NCBI RefSeq assembly: GCF_000196555.1
Contig: NC_015067.1
Span: 870,001-902,000, forward strand
DNA length: 32,000 nucleotides
Source of the DNA: Bifidobacterium longum subsp. longum JCM 1217
Lineage (GTDB): Bacteria; Actinomycetota; Actinomycetes; Actinomycetales; Bifidobacteriaceae
Direction of reading: 5' to 3'
Shown: positions 22,337 through 31,525 of the stretch, one piece after another
Position numbering within the stretch: position 1 is the stretch's first letter
Layout: every line of letters starts with the position of its first letter
Program-made: the position numbers and the translations under genes
Notes under the pieces: model-generated
Seen by the model: the letters and a program-made list of their open reading frames with translations, nothing else
What the model was told of the DNA's origin: nothing
The model's database searches: none

Positions 22337-24523
22337 GTGCCCCGTAATAATTTCGATGATCGTGACGATTCCGCTGATTTCCAGATGAACGACAGCGCGG
22401 AATCCCGCCCCCTTACCTTTGGCGAACTTGGCGTACCCGGACCGCTGGTGCGCGTGCTTGCGGCAGATGACAAGAAGACCGCATTCCCCATTCAGGCCGA
22501 CACCCTGCCCGATTCACTGGCCGGCCGCGACATTCTCGGCCGAGGGCGCACCGGCTCCGGCAAAACCCTCGCATTCTCCATTCCGCTGGTCACCCGCCTC
22601 GGTTCCTACGATTCGTTCGGCGAAATCGCGATGGAGGAGTTCCGCAAGGAAATCAAGCGCCGCAAGAAGGCCAGCCTGGAAGAGCGCCGCGCCGACGACT
22701 TCCTACCGCACCCGCGCGGCCTGGTGCTGGCCCCCACCCGCGAGCTCGCGAACCAGATCAACGACGTGCTGATGCCGCTGGCCCACACGTTCGGCATGAA
22801 CACCACCACGGTGTACGGCGGCGTCAAGTACATCCACCAGATCCGCGATCTGAAGGCCGGCGCCGATATCGTGGTCGCCTGCCCGGGCCGCCTTGAGGAC
22901 CTGCTGCGCCAGCAGGCGCTCACGCTCTCGTCCGTCGAAGTCGTGGTCATCGATGAGGCCGACGAAATGGCCGATATGGGCTTCCTGCCACCGGTCAAGC
23001 GACTGCTTGAGCAGATTTCGCCCGACGCCCAGCACATGCTGTTCTCCGCCACGCTCGATCACGGCGTGGATGAAGTGGTGAACACCTTCCTGCACGATCC
23101 CAAGGTGCACGAGGTCGATTCGGCCACCGCCGAACCCGACCTGATGACCCACCACGTGTTCGAAACCACGCGCGGCGACAAGCACGAACTCGTGCGCATG
23201 CTCGCCTCGGGCGAAGGCCGCCGCATCCTGTTCACCCGCACCAAGTTCCAGGCCAAGAAGCTCGCCAAGAACCTGACGCAGAACGGCATTCCGGCCGCCG
23301 AGCTGCACGGCAACCTGAACCAGAACCAGCGCGATCGCAACCTCGCTGCGTTCGATTCCGGCGATGTGCGTGTCATGGTGGCCACCGACGTGGCCGCCCG
23401 TGGCATAGACGTCGGCGGCGTGGAGCTCGTGGTGCAGGTCGAGCCGCCGGCCGACCCGAAGTCCTTTGTGCACCGCTCCGGTCGTACCGCCCGCGCCGGC
23501 AAGGCGGGCGACGTGGTCACCCTCGTGCTGCCCGAGCAGCGCCGCGAGACGCGCCGCTTGCTGAACCAGGCCGGCATCAAGACCAAGATGATCGAAGTGA
23601 CCCACGATTCGCCCGAAGTGCTTGAGCTTGTGGGCGACCGCGCCGAGCGCGTGGATGGTTGGAGCCTCGACAAGTCGCAGCCCGTGGGCAACCCGCGCAA
23701 GGGCAAGAACAGGGGCGCCAAGAACGCGGCGGGCGACGAGTCCGGCCGCGGCGGCAAGCGCAAGCACAATCGCAATCGCAACCGTGACGAGCAGAACGTT
23801 GCCGAGACCGAGTTCCAGCACGAGAACGCAGGCGGCGAGTTTGTTGCCGAAGGCGAGCCGCAGCGCAAGCACGGCGACAAGGCCAGCAAGAAGGCCGTGA
23901 AGAAGAACCGCAACCGTGCGGAACGCCGCGCAGGCATGAGCAACCCCGAGGCCGAGCGCCGCGACTATCTGTTCGAGCATGGCGATGACCGCCGCGAGGA
24001 GCGCCGCAAGGGCGACCGTCGCGACGGATACGGCAAGAACCGGTACGACGAGCGTCAGGACAATGGCCGCGACCAGCACGGCAAGAACCGTCGCAATGAT
24101 CGGTACGGCAAGGGCGACAAGTTCGATAAGCGCGACAGGGCCGGATACGGTCGCAACGATGATTTCGGCAGCCGCAGGCACAATGCGGGCCGTGATTTCG
24201 AACGGTCCGATTCCCGCGATTTCGAGCGTCCGCGCAAGCCTCGCCGCAATGAACGCAGCCACGAGGATTACGGCTTCTCCTATGACGAGCGCTCCCATGA
24301 CGGCCGCAGACAGTCCATGCGCAACACCCGTCAGGGCGAAGGCGGCAAGCGCATCCATCGCAAGAACGAGAACCGCATCGTACGCGACGAGCGTTCAGAA
24401 GGTGCCAAGCGTCACGAACGCCGCATGATCGCCAAATACGGCAACACGGAAGGCCCGAACCGCCGTCATTCCAAGAAGAATCGCCACAATGCGCCATTCC
24501 GTATGAAGTCTGGACGCCGTTAG
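22337..24523 (+). CDS. DEAD-box ATP-dependent RNA helicase with a long charged C-terminal tail
   Basis: Motifs: Q motif 'TAFPIQ', I 'GRTGSGKT', Ia 'PTRELA', II 'VIDEADEM', III 'SAT', V 'ATDVAARGID' and VI 'HRSGRTARAG'. The track start is the GTG at 22337 (GAAAGG lies 5 nt upstream). An alternative is the ATG at 22385. Confidence 0.9.
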   Translation: MPRNNFDDRDDSADFQMNDSAESRPLTFGELGVPGPLVRVLAADDKKTAFPIQADTLPDSLAGRDILGRGRTGSGKTLAFSIPLVTRLGSYDSFGEIAMEEFRKEIKRRKKASLEERRADDFLPHPRGLVLAPTRELANQINDVLMPLAHTFGMNTTTVYGGVKYIHQIRDLKAGADIVVACPGRLEDLLRQQALTLSSVEVVVIDEADEMADMGFLPPVKRLLEQISPDAQHMLFSATLDHGVDEVVNTFLHDPKVHEVDSATAEPDLMTHHVFETTRGDKHELVRMLASGEGRRILFTRTKFQAKKLAKNLTQNGIPAAELHGNLNQNQRDRNLAAFDSGDVRVMVATDVAARGIDVGGVELVVQVEPPADPKSFVHRSGRTARAGKAGDVVTLVLPEQRRETRRLLNQAGIKTKMIEVTHDSPEVLELVGDRAERVDGWSLDKSQPVGNPRKGKNRGAKNAAGDESGRGGKRKHNRNRNRDEQNVAETEFQHENAGGEFVAEGEPQRKHGDKASKKAVKKNRNRAERRAGMSNPEAERRDYLFEHGDDRREERRKGDRRDGYGKNRYDERQDNGRDQHGKNRRNDRYGKGDKFDKRDRAGYGRNDDFGSRRHNAGRDFERSDSRDFERPRKPRRNERSHEDYGFSYDERSHDGRRQSMRNTRQGEGGKRIHRKNENRIVRDERSEGAKRHERRMIAKYGNTEGPNRRHSKKNRHNAPFRMKSGRR

Positions 24524-24540
24524 TCCGACAGCGCGTATGA

Positions 24541-24578
24541 ATCAGGCCCGACGACCTTTGATGGTCGTCGGGCCTGAT
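24541..24578 (+). terminator. Intrinsic terminator after the helicase gene
   Basis: Perfect 16-bp stem: atcaggcccgacgacc (24541-24556) pairs with ggtcgtcgggcctgat (24563-24578), with a 6-nt loop, followed by tgtgtt. Confidence 0.75.
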
Positions 24579-24708
24579 TGTGTTATAGGCCGGTGTTTGC
24601 GATGCGGATGCCTGTTCGCCTGCCTAGCGGCCATGACGATTGCACTTATCGCCGCAGTCGTTGTGATCGTGGCCATGCCGAAACGGCGGTAATGGCCTGT
24701 ACGCACCC

Positions 24709-24714
24709 TAGAAT
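24709..24714 (+). promoter_or_regulatory. Candidate -10 hexamer TAGAAT positioned for a leaderless TetR transcript
   Basis: TAGAAT (24709-24714) is followed by 7 nt (aacggat) with no SD, then the ATG at 24722. Confidence 0.3.
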
Positions 24715-24721
24715 AACGGAT

Positions 24722-25306
24722 ATGACGCAATCGCAGCCCCGATCCAAACGCACGCCCACCCTTGAAATCCACGGGAGAATCCTTGACGCGGCAAGGCGGA
24801 TCGTGGAACGGGACGGTGTGGATGGTCTGACCATCCGTGCGCTGTCCGCACAGGCCGATGTGTCGCCCACCAGCATCTACCAGCACATCGGCGGCAAGCA
24901 GGCGGTGTGCGATGCGCTCATCGACACATACTTCACCGATCTGCGCGAACAGCTCATCGCCATTGACGAATCCGACCCCGTGCTGCGCCTGCGCAGGGCG
25001 GGCATAATCTACCGTGAACACGCGCTGGACGCCCCCGGCATTTACGCGCTGGTCTGGATGGGGCAGGCGTCGGACTCGGCCCAGCACTGCCTGGACGCCA
25101 TCACGCAGATCATTCGATACGGCCAGGCAGCATCTGTATTCCGCGGCGATGACCCCCATCTAATCGCATCCTCCATCTGGGTGTCCATACACGGGTTCAT
25201 CCAATTCGAACTGCGTTCCGCACAACCCCGCACACGCGGCCGCGAGCGGGTCGACCGGTCGTACGGTTACCTGCTCGACCTGCTGATCCGAGGCATTCAG
25301 AGGTGA
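24722..25306 (+). CDS. TetR-family transcriptional regulator
   Basis: N-terminal HTH 'ILDAARRIVERDGVDGLTIRALSAQADVSPTSIYQHIGGKQAV'. The track ORF starts at 24578. An internal ATG at 24722 (or 24692) is more plausible for a ~194-aa TetR protein. Confidence 0.8.
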   Translation: MTQSQPRSKRTPTLEIHGRILDAARRIVERDGVDGLTIRALSAQADVSPTSIYQHIGGKQAVCDALIDTYFTDLREQLIAIDESDPVLRLRRAGIIYREHALDAPGIYALVWMGQASDSAQHCLDAITQIIRYGQAASVFRGDDPHLIASSIWVSIHGFIQFELRSAQPRTRGRERVDRSYGYLLDLLIRGIQR

Positions 25307-25313
25307 ATGAGTT

Positions 25314-25335
25314 AGCTCCCTCTGATGAGGGAGCT
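25314..25335. terminator. Hairpin between the convergent TetR and GH13 genes (member of the CTCCCTC/GAGGGAG family)
   Basis: agctccctc (25314-25322), loop tgat, gagggagct (25327-25335). The right arm touches the GH13 stop codon. There is no U-tract on either side. Confidence 0.5.
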
Positions 25336-26630
25336 CAGTATTGATACGCTGTACTGCCATCGGCGTTGCGGATGGTGAAAGTGGGGGATTGCTCGATGTT
25401 GAGGTCCACGGTCAGGGAATGCTGGGCGTCGGCGCTCGTCGAACGATAGACGAAGTGCTTGTTTTCCAGCTTCACGGCCTCGGTACGCGCATCCAGCAGC
25501 CATGGGTTGCGACGGCGCAGCGCGATCAGCGCCTGATGCAGCCGGTATGTCGGCTCTCCCAGCGTGGACAGTTCGGCAGGGGAGTCGGGGAACTTCGGAC
25601 GTACGTCGTCATCGCCGCCGAAACGCTCCTGCTTGACGCCCACATAGCCCTGTTCGTCGCCGTAATAGATGCTTGGTACGCCGCCGACCGTCATGAGCAC
25701 CGCCAATGCCAACGCCGCCTTGGCCGGGCCAATCTGCGATGCGATACGCGTCACGTCATGGTTGCCGATGAACGTCTGCGGCACGAAGGAATCCAGGAAC
25801 GCGTTGTGCCGCTTCAAGTTCCAATCCAGCTCGAAGAAGTTCTCCGTCTCCAGCGCATGCTGGATCGACTTCCATAGCTCGTATTGCGTGATCGAATCCA
25901 TCGTGGATTCCTCGATGATGCGCGGGTAATCGCCATGGATCACCTCGCCGAAAATCCACGAATACGGGTGTGCGGCTTTGACTTGCGGCAACACGCGCGC
26001 CCAGAACGGGCTCGGCACGGCATACGCGGCGTCGAGGCGCCAGCCGGCGGCTCCGCGATCCAGCCAATGGCTCATCACATGGGCCACATAGTCAACGGTC
26101 TCGTCAGCCGAATGGTCCAGCGCCACCAGATCCCCGTGCCCCTCGAACACATCCAAAGCGGGTTCGCCATTATCACCGACATGCGCGCGGACCAGACCAT
26201 GCCACGGGTTGTCGGCCGGATTCAAGCGTCCGGCGGTCTCGTCAAGCGCCGTCTGAACGGCCGGATGATTGCGGCTCACATGATTGAACACGCCATCCAG
26301 CATCACCTGCAATCCCATGTCCCGGCAGGCCGCGACAAGCTGATCGAACGCGGCATCCCCGCCCAATCGCACATCGATATGCATATGGTCGAGCGTGTCG
26401 TATCCATGCGTCGCCGACTCGAACACCGGACCCAGCAGCAGGCCGGACGCGCCTAGATCGCGCACGTACTCCAGCCAGGGAATTATCGCGTCAAGGCCGC
26501 GGCCATGGAACTGGCGCGGGCCGGCGGGCCTGATATCGGCACCGCAGAAGCCCAGCGGATACACGTGCCAGAACACCCCGTACTTCACCCAATCGGGCAT
26601 TGTGCGGCTCGAATCCATGCTTACAACCAC
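25335..26630 (-). CDS. GH13 alpha-amylase-family glycoside hydrolase
   Basis: The four GH13 conserved regions are present: 'DGVFNHVS', 'GWRLDAAYA', 'FGEVIHGD' and 'FIGNHDVTR'. My preferred start is the GTG at 26628-26630, 6 nt after AGGAGG (26637-26642 on the minus strand). The track ORF extends to 26744, and ATG alternatives lie at 26618 and 26600. Confidence 0.8.
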   Translation of the reverse strand: MVVSMDSSRTMPDWVKYGVFWHVYPLGFCGADIRPAGPRQFHGRGLDAIIPWLEYVRDLGASGLLLGPVFESATHGYDTLDHMHIDVRLGGDAAFDQLVAACRDMGLQVMLDGVFNHVSRNHPAVQTALDETAGRLNPADNPWHGLVRAHVGDNGEPALDVFEGHGDLVALDHSADETVDYVAHVMSHWLDRGAAGWRLDAAYAVPSPFWARVLPQVKAAHPYSWIFGEVIHGDYPRIIEESTMDSITQYELWKSIQHALETENFFELDWNLKRHNAFLDSFVPQTFIGNHDVTRIASQIGPAKAALALAVLMTVGGVPSIYYGDEQGYVGVKQERFGGDDDVRPKFPDSPAELSTLGEPTYRLHQALIALRRRNPWLLDARTEAVKLENKHFVYRSTSADAQHSLTVDLNIEQSPTFTIRNADGSTAYQY

Positions 26631-26874
26631 TGTGCACCTCCTGATTGACACCGTGTCCATTTTCGCACATCGCGGTGCGAATCCCGGGTAATCGGCATGA
26701 AACGCAGTCCGTGAACATGTGGCCAAGCTCACATATTGGGACATTTTCCTGAGGCGCTACATGCCGTGGCTACGCTTCCAACCAGTGCCATAAGCAGACG
26801 AGAGATACCCCAAAAGGGTCGCAATGAAGAGAACCTTTCCCGCAAAGGTTATTGAAGAGGAACAGAGGGTTATT

Positions 26875-29274
26875 ATGACCACCGCCGCAGCCCAGGCCCC
26901 GGCACCTGGCAAGTTGGAATTCAAGGACGATTACACGCCGGACGAAGCCGAACGTGTGATTCGCAATTCGAAGGGACTGCCCGTAGGCGTGCGTCCCAAA
27001 ATGGTATGGACATGGAAGAAGGCCCTGCTGTGGGCCGCCATCGCCATCGTATGTGCCTGCGGATGGGCGATTCTGGCCGTCTCGCGCGGTGAGCAGATCT
27101 CCGCCATCTGGTTCCTGGTCGTGGCGCTGAGCTCCTACGCCATCGCCTACCGCTTCTATGCCTATTACATCCAGATCAAGATCATGCGCACCGACGACGC
27201 GAACGCCACCCCGGCCGAGCGCGTGCATGACGGCGCGAACTTCGAACGCACCGACCGCCGCGTGCTCTTCGGCCAGCACTTTGCCGGCATCTCCGGCGCC
27301 GGACCGCTCGTCGGCCCGATCCTGGCCGCGCAGATGGGCTACCTGCCCTCCACTCTGTGGATCATCCTCGGCGTGATTTTCGCCGGCGCCGTGCAGGACA
27401 TGCTGGTGCTGTGGATCTCCGCCAAGCGCCGCGGTCGCTCTCTGGGCCAGATGGCCACTGATGAAATGGGTAAGTTCGGCGGTATGATCCTATCCATCTT
27501 CCTCGTGGTGATGACGGCCATCGCCATGGCATTCCTGGCGCTCGTGGCCATCAAGGCCATGGCCGCCTCGCCGTGGGCCGTGTTCTCCATCGGTATGACC
27601 ATCCCGATCGCCCTGATCATGGGCTGCTACCAGCGTTTCCTGCGCCCCGGCCGTGTCATTGAGACCACGCTGCTCGGTTTCGTGCTGCTCGTGCTCGACA
27701 TCGTCGCCGGCGGATGGATCGCCTCTATCCCGGCCGTGGCCGCCGTGTTCACACTGGACGCCAAGCAGCTCGTCATCGCCCTGGTGATCTACTCGTTCGC
27801 CGCCGCCGCGCTGCCGCACTGGCTGCTCGTCACCCCGCGCGACTACCTGTCCACGCTGATGAAGATCGGCACGCTCGTGCTGCTCGTCATCGGCATCATC
27901 ATCGCCAACCCGTCCGTCAAGGTGCCGGGTCTGACCGAACTGGCCTCCACCTCCACCGGCCCGACCTTCTCCGGCAACCTATTCCCGTTCCTGTTCATCA
28001 CCATCGCCTGCGGCGCCCTCTCTGGCTTCCACGGCGCGGTGAGCTCCGGCCTGACCCCGAAGGCCGTGGAGAAGGAGAACCAGATTCGCATGATCGGCTA
28101 CGGTTCGATGCTCGTCGAATCGTTCACCGCCGTCATCGCGCTGATCGCCGCGATCACCATCTCGCAGGGCGTGTACTTCTCCACCAACATGTCCGCCGCA
28201 CAGATCACCGCCGCATCCGGCGTGAGCATCTCCGCCACCTCCACGCCGGGCGAACAGGCCGATGCCGCCGTCAAGGCCGTGGAGTCGATGAAGGTCTCCG
28301 ACATCGAAGGCAACCAGATGCAGGTCACCTGGGATTCCGTGGACGAGAACGGCGCGGCCAAGACCTACGAAGGCGCCGCGGCGCTTGAGCAGGCCGCCGC
28401 CGACATCGGCGAGACCTCCATCGTCTCCCGCACCGGTGGCGCCACCACGTTCGCCATGGGCATGGCCAACTTCCTCAAGTCCTACCTGGGCGGCCACGAC
28501 TCGATGGCCTTCTGGTACCACTTCGCCATCATGTTCGAAGCCCTGTTCATCCTGACCACCGTGGACAACGGCACCCGCGTGGCCCGCTACCAGATCGGCG
28601 AAATGCTCGGCAACGTGCGCAAGCTCAAGAAGTTCGCCGACCCGACCTGGAAGCCCGGCAACATCATCACCACGCTGATCGCCACCGCGCTGTGGGGCGG
28701 ACTGCTGTGGATGGGCGTGTCCGACGCGAACGGCGGCATCAACGCGATGGTGCCTATCTTCGGCATCTCCAACCAGCTGCTCGCCGCCGCCTGCTTCGTG
28801 CTGATCACCGTGTGTGTGGCCAAGATGGGCTACTGGAAGCACCTGTGGATACCGGTGGTACCGCTCGTGTGGGACATCGCCGTGACCTTCACCGCCGACT
28901 TCCAGAAGATCTTCGGGCCGCTGAGCTACTTCACCACCGCCTCCAAGTATCAGGCGCAGATCGACTCCGGCGAGCTGACCGGCGAGGCGCTGACCAACGC
29001 CAAGGCCGCGCTGTCCAACGCGTATCTGGACGGCGTGCTCTCCGTGTTCTTCCTGGTCATGATGGGCGTCTTCGTGGTAGTCGGCATCGTGGTCGTGGCG
29101 CGCACGTTCGCCGCTGGCAAGTACGGTGCCGAAACGACGTCCGAGGAGCCGTTCGTGGAATCCCAGTGGTTCGCGCCCTCCAGCCTGGTCGCCACCGCGC
29201 TTGAGAAGAAGGTGCAGCGCGAATACAGCGCCAAGCTGCATGAGCTTGTGCGGAACGGGCAGGTTGCAGCGTAG
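26875..29274 (+). CDS. cstA: Carbon starvation protein A (peptide/pyruvate transporter family)
   Basis: 'FGQHFAGISGAGPLVGPILAAQMGYLP', 'ACGALSGFHGAVSSGLTPK' and many TM segments. The start is either the ATG at 26875 (MTTAAAQ...) or the track ATG at 26824. Confidence 0.9.
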   Translation: MTTAAAQAPAPGKLEFKDDYTPDEAERVIRNSKGLPVGVRPKMVWTWKKALLWAAIAIVCACGWAILAVSRGEQISAIWFLVVALSSYAIAYRFYAYYIQIKIMRTDDANATPAERVHDGANFERTDRRVLFGQHFAGISGAGPLVGPILAAQMGYLPSTLWIILGVIFAGAVQDMLVLWISAKRRGRSLGQMATDEMGKFGGMILSIFLVVMTAIAMAFLALVAIKAMAASPWAVFSIGMTIPIALIMGCYQRFLRPGRVIETTLLGFVLLVLDIVAGGWIASIPAVAAVFTLDAKQLVIALVIYSFAAAALPHWLLVTPRDYLSTLMKIGTLVLLVIGIIIANPSVKVPGLTELASTSTGPTFSGNLFPFLFITIACGALSGFHGAVSSGLTPKAVEKENQIRMIGYGSMLVESFTAVIALIAAITISQGVYFSTNMSAAQITAASGVSISATSTPGEQADAAVKAVESMKVSDIEGNQMQVTWDSVDENGAAKTYEGAAALEQAAADIGETSIVSRTGGATTFAMGMANFLKSYLGGHDSMAFWYHFAIMFEALFILTTVDNGTRVARYQIGEMLGNVRKLKKFADPTWKPGNIITTLIATALWGGLLWMGVSDANGGINAMVPIFGISNQLLAAACFVLITVCVAKMGYWKHLWIPVVPLVWDIAVTFTADFQKIFGPLSYFTTASKYQAQIDSGELTGEALTNAKAALSNAYLDGVLSVFFLVMMGVFVVVGIVVVARTFAAGKYGAETTSEEPFVESQWFAPSSLVATALEKKVQREYSAKLHELVRNGQVAA

Positions 29275-29280
29275 TGCGTC

Positions 29281-29311
29281 ATTGGCTCCCCTTTTTTCAA
29301 GGGGAGCCAAT
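29281..29311 (+). repeat. Intercistronic GGCTCCCC/GGGGAGCC hairpin between cstA and ybdD
   Basis: attggctcccc (29281-29291) pairs with ggggagccaat (29301-29311). Two further T-A pairs can extend the stem, leaving a 5-nt loop. AAGGAG for the next gene follows. Confidence 0.6.
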
Positions 29312-29331
29312 AATCAGCGAAAGGAGACAAA

Positions 29332-29529
29332 ATGCTCGGCAAACTCGTTGCCGTATGGCACGGCATCGTCTGGTATCTGCGTGAGATCAGCGGCGAGGCC
29401 CGCTACGACCATTATCTTGAGCATTTCGCGGCCGAGCATCCCGGCGAAACACCGATGAGCGAGGTCGAATTCATTCGCGCCCGCGAGGAATACGACCGTC
29501 TCCACCCCAATACCAGTTGTTGCTGCTGA
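29332..29529 (+). CDS. ybdD: YbdD/YjiX-family small protein (DUF466), the usual CstA partner
   Basis: 65 aa with 'GEARYDHYLEHFAAEHPGETPMSEVEFIRAREEYD' and a C-terminal Cys cluster (SCCC). It lies immediately downstream of cstA, as in other bacteria. Confidence 0.85.
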   Translation: MLGKLVAVWHGIVWYLREISGEARYDHYLEHFAAEHPGETPMSEVEFIRAREEYDRLHPNTSCCC

Positions 29530-29648
29530 CAGGCCGCAATAGCATAACAACACCATAAAACCCGCGCGCCATGGGAACTACGTAGCCATTCTTCCGTTAC
29601 AATCAGTGTGACGGCTTCCGCCCCCGAAGAAGAAGGTGTTAATTCCCC

Positions 29649-30701
29649 TTGGACGTCTCACTGGCGCATTTCCTCCAACAAGTGCTTTCCAACCCGGCTC
29701 TGACCGTCACAACGTTGCTGACGCTGGGAGTCATCTTCGTCAACGGCTGGACCGACGCACCCAACGCCATCGCCACCTGCGTGACCACACGATGCATGCG
29801 CGTACGCTCCGCCGTCATCATGGCGGCCATCTTCAACTTCCTCGGCGTCTTCATCATGACGCAGCTCAACGCCTCCGTGGCCTCCACCATCAGCAACATG
29901 GTCGATTTCGGCGGCGACACGAACGCGGCGCTCATCGCCCTATGCGCGGCGCTGTTCTCCATCGTCGTATACAGCGTGGGCGCCTCGCTGCTCGGCATAC
30001 CCACCTCCGAAAGCCACAGCCTGATCGCCGGCCTGTCCGGAGCGGCCATCGCCATCCAAGGCGGCATCGGCGGCATCAACATGGGAGAATGGGTCAAGGT
30101 GCTCTACGGTCTGGTCGCAAGCCTCCTGTTCGGCTTCGCCGTCGGCTGGTTGGTATGCAAGGCCGTGACCCTGATTTGCGCTGGCATGGACCGCCGCCGC
30201 ACCAACGGGTTCTTCACCTACGCGCAGATCGTGGGCGCGGCGGCCATGAGCTTCATGCACGGCGCGCAGGACGGCCAGAAGTTCATCGGCGTGCTGTTCC
30301 TCGGCATGGCGTTCTGCAATGGCCAACCCAGCGTGACCGGTGTGATGATTCCGATCTGGCTCATGATTCTGTGCAGCACCATCATGGGCGTGGGCACGTC
30401 CGTCGGCGGTGAACGCATCATCAAATCCGTGGGCCAGGACATGGTGAAACTCGAGAAATACCAAGGCTTCTCGGCCGATCTGTCAAGCGCGCTGTGCCTG
30501 CTCGTCATGACCGTGCTCGGCATCCCCGTCTCCACCACGCACACCAAGACCAGCGCCATCATGGGCGTGGGCGCGGTACGCCGCCTCTCCGCCATCAACT
30601 TCGGCGTGGTGCGCGACATGATGCTCACCTGGGTGTTCACCTTCCCTGGTTGCGGTCTCATCAGCTTCGTAATGGCCAAACTGTTCATGGTCGTGTTCTA
30701 G
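29649..30701 (+). CDS. pit: Inorganic phosphate transporter, PiT family
   Basis: Duplicated PiT signatures 'NGWTDAPNAIAT' and 'HGAQDGQKFIG', plus 'VSTTHTKTSAIMGVG'. The track start is a TTG with only a weak SD, so the start is uncertain. A possible -10 TACAAT lies at 29598-29603. Confidence 0.85.
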   Translation: MDVSLAHFLQQVLSNPALTVTTLLTLGVIFVNGWTDAPNAIATCVTTRCMRVRSAVIMAAIFNFLGVFIMTQLNASVASTISNMVDFGGDTNAALIALCAALFSIVVYSVGASLLGIPTSESHSLIAGLSGAAIAIQGGIGGINMGEWVKVLYGLVASLLFGFAVGWLVCKAVTLICAGMDRRRTNGFFTYAQIVGAAAMSFMHGAQDGQKFIGVLFLGMAFCNGQPSVTGVMIPIWLMILCSTIMGVGTSVGGERIIKSVGQDMVKLEKYQGFSADLSSALCLLVMTVLGIPVSTTHTKTSAIMGVGAVRRLSAINFGVVRDMMLTWVFTFPGCGLISFVMAKLFMVVF

Positions 30702-30718
30702 AAAGGAATCCACCCATC

Positions 30719-31342
30719 ATGGCGAGACAAAAAGACACGTTCTACTTCGACGGATTCCGCCGCAGCGCGGACTACGCATGCCAGGCCGCGAAGCTGCTGT
30801 CCGAGGTCATGCACGACTTCAATCCGGGCCAGCTGCGCGAACGCATGGACAGCATGCACGCGATTGAGAAGTCAGCGGACGAGGTGCGCCACGACATGAT
30901 GGACGAACTGGTGACCGCGTTCATCACGCCGTTCGACCGCGAGGACATCGACGAGCTCGGCCACGTGCTCGACGACGTGACCGACAGCATCGAAGGCGTG
31001 CTCAACCGCATGTACTACGACAACGTGACCGACATGCGCGACGACGCGGTCCAGATGTCGGATATGGTGGTGCGCGCCACGGAAAGCATCTGCGAGCTGG
31101 TCAACGAACTGCCGCGATTCCGGCATTCCAAGACGTTGCGCGAACTGGTGTTCGCCATCAACACGATCGAAACGGACGCCGACCACCTGTTCATCGAGTC
31201 GATGCGCACGCTGCACACCACCTGCACCGATCCGCTGCAGGTGTTCGCCTGGCATGACGTCTACCGTCACCTCGAACAGTGCTCCGACGACTGCGAGCGC
31301 GTGGCCAACACCATCGACAGTATCGTCATGAAAAACAGCTGA
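30719..31342 (+). CDS. DUF47 / PhoU-like phosphate-transport regulator (Pit accessory protein)
   Basis: Helical repeats 'IEKSADEVRHDMMDELVTAFITPFDREDI' and 'IETDADHLFIESMRTL' are typical of the DUF47/YkaA family. The ATG at 30719 follows GAAAGGAA. The track ORF from 30494 overlaps the pit 3' end. Confidence 0.85.
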   Translation: MARQKDTFYFDGFRRSADYACQAAKLLSEVMHDFNPGQLRERMDSMHAIEKSADEVRHDMMDELVTAFITPFDREDIDELGHVLDDVTDSIEGVLNRMYYDNVTDMRDDAVQMSDMVVRATESICELVNELPRFRHSKTLRELVFAINTIETDADHLFIESMRTLHTTCTDPLQVFAWHDVYRHLEQCSDDCERVANTIDSIVMKNS

Positions 31343-31406
31343 GGTTGGTTTTTCACAACCTCCCTCTGATGAGCCGAGCCGTGAAGAAAACGCCGGAGGC
31401 GTTTTT
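31341..31406 (+). terminator. Two small hairpins after the DUF47 gene
   Basis: gaggttg (31341-31347) pairs with caacctc (31356-31362). aaaacgcc (31387-31394), loop gga, ggcgtttt (31398-31405), plus one extra T. The stems are short. Confidence 0.4.
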
Positions 31407-31525
31407 AGGCGAGGGTGAGTGACAACGAGCGAATAAGAGGTCAGCTGCAAGCTGTCCTGAATCGCGTTCGAGGTGGCATCGCGAAGCGATGTCGGAGGGA
31501 GAGGCCTACTTGACCAAAAGCCCCC

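Noticed and set aside
22703-24358. Long antisense ORFs opposite well-supported genes. Examples: 22703..24358 (551 aa), 20621..21913 (430 aa), 27979..29310 (443 aa), 19770..20801, 9785..10696, 6350..7285, 11696..12553, 4072..4905 and 23059..24497.
   Set aside because: Their translations are Arg/Gly/His/Ala/Val-rich low-complexity sequences with no recognisable motifs. Each lies fully antisense to a gene with clear family signatures. Stop-poor antisense frames are expected in high-GC DNA.
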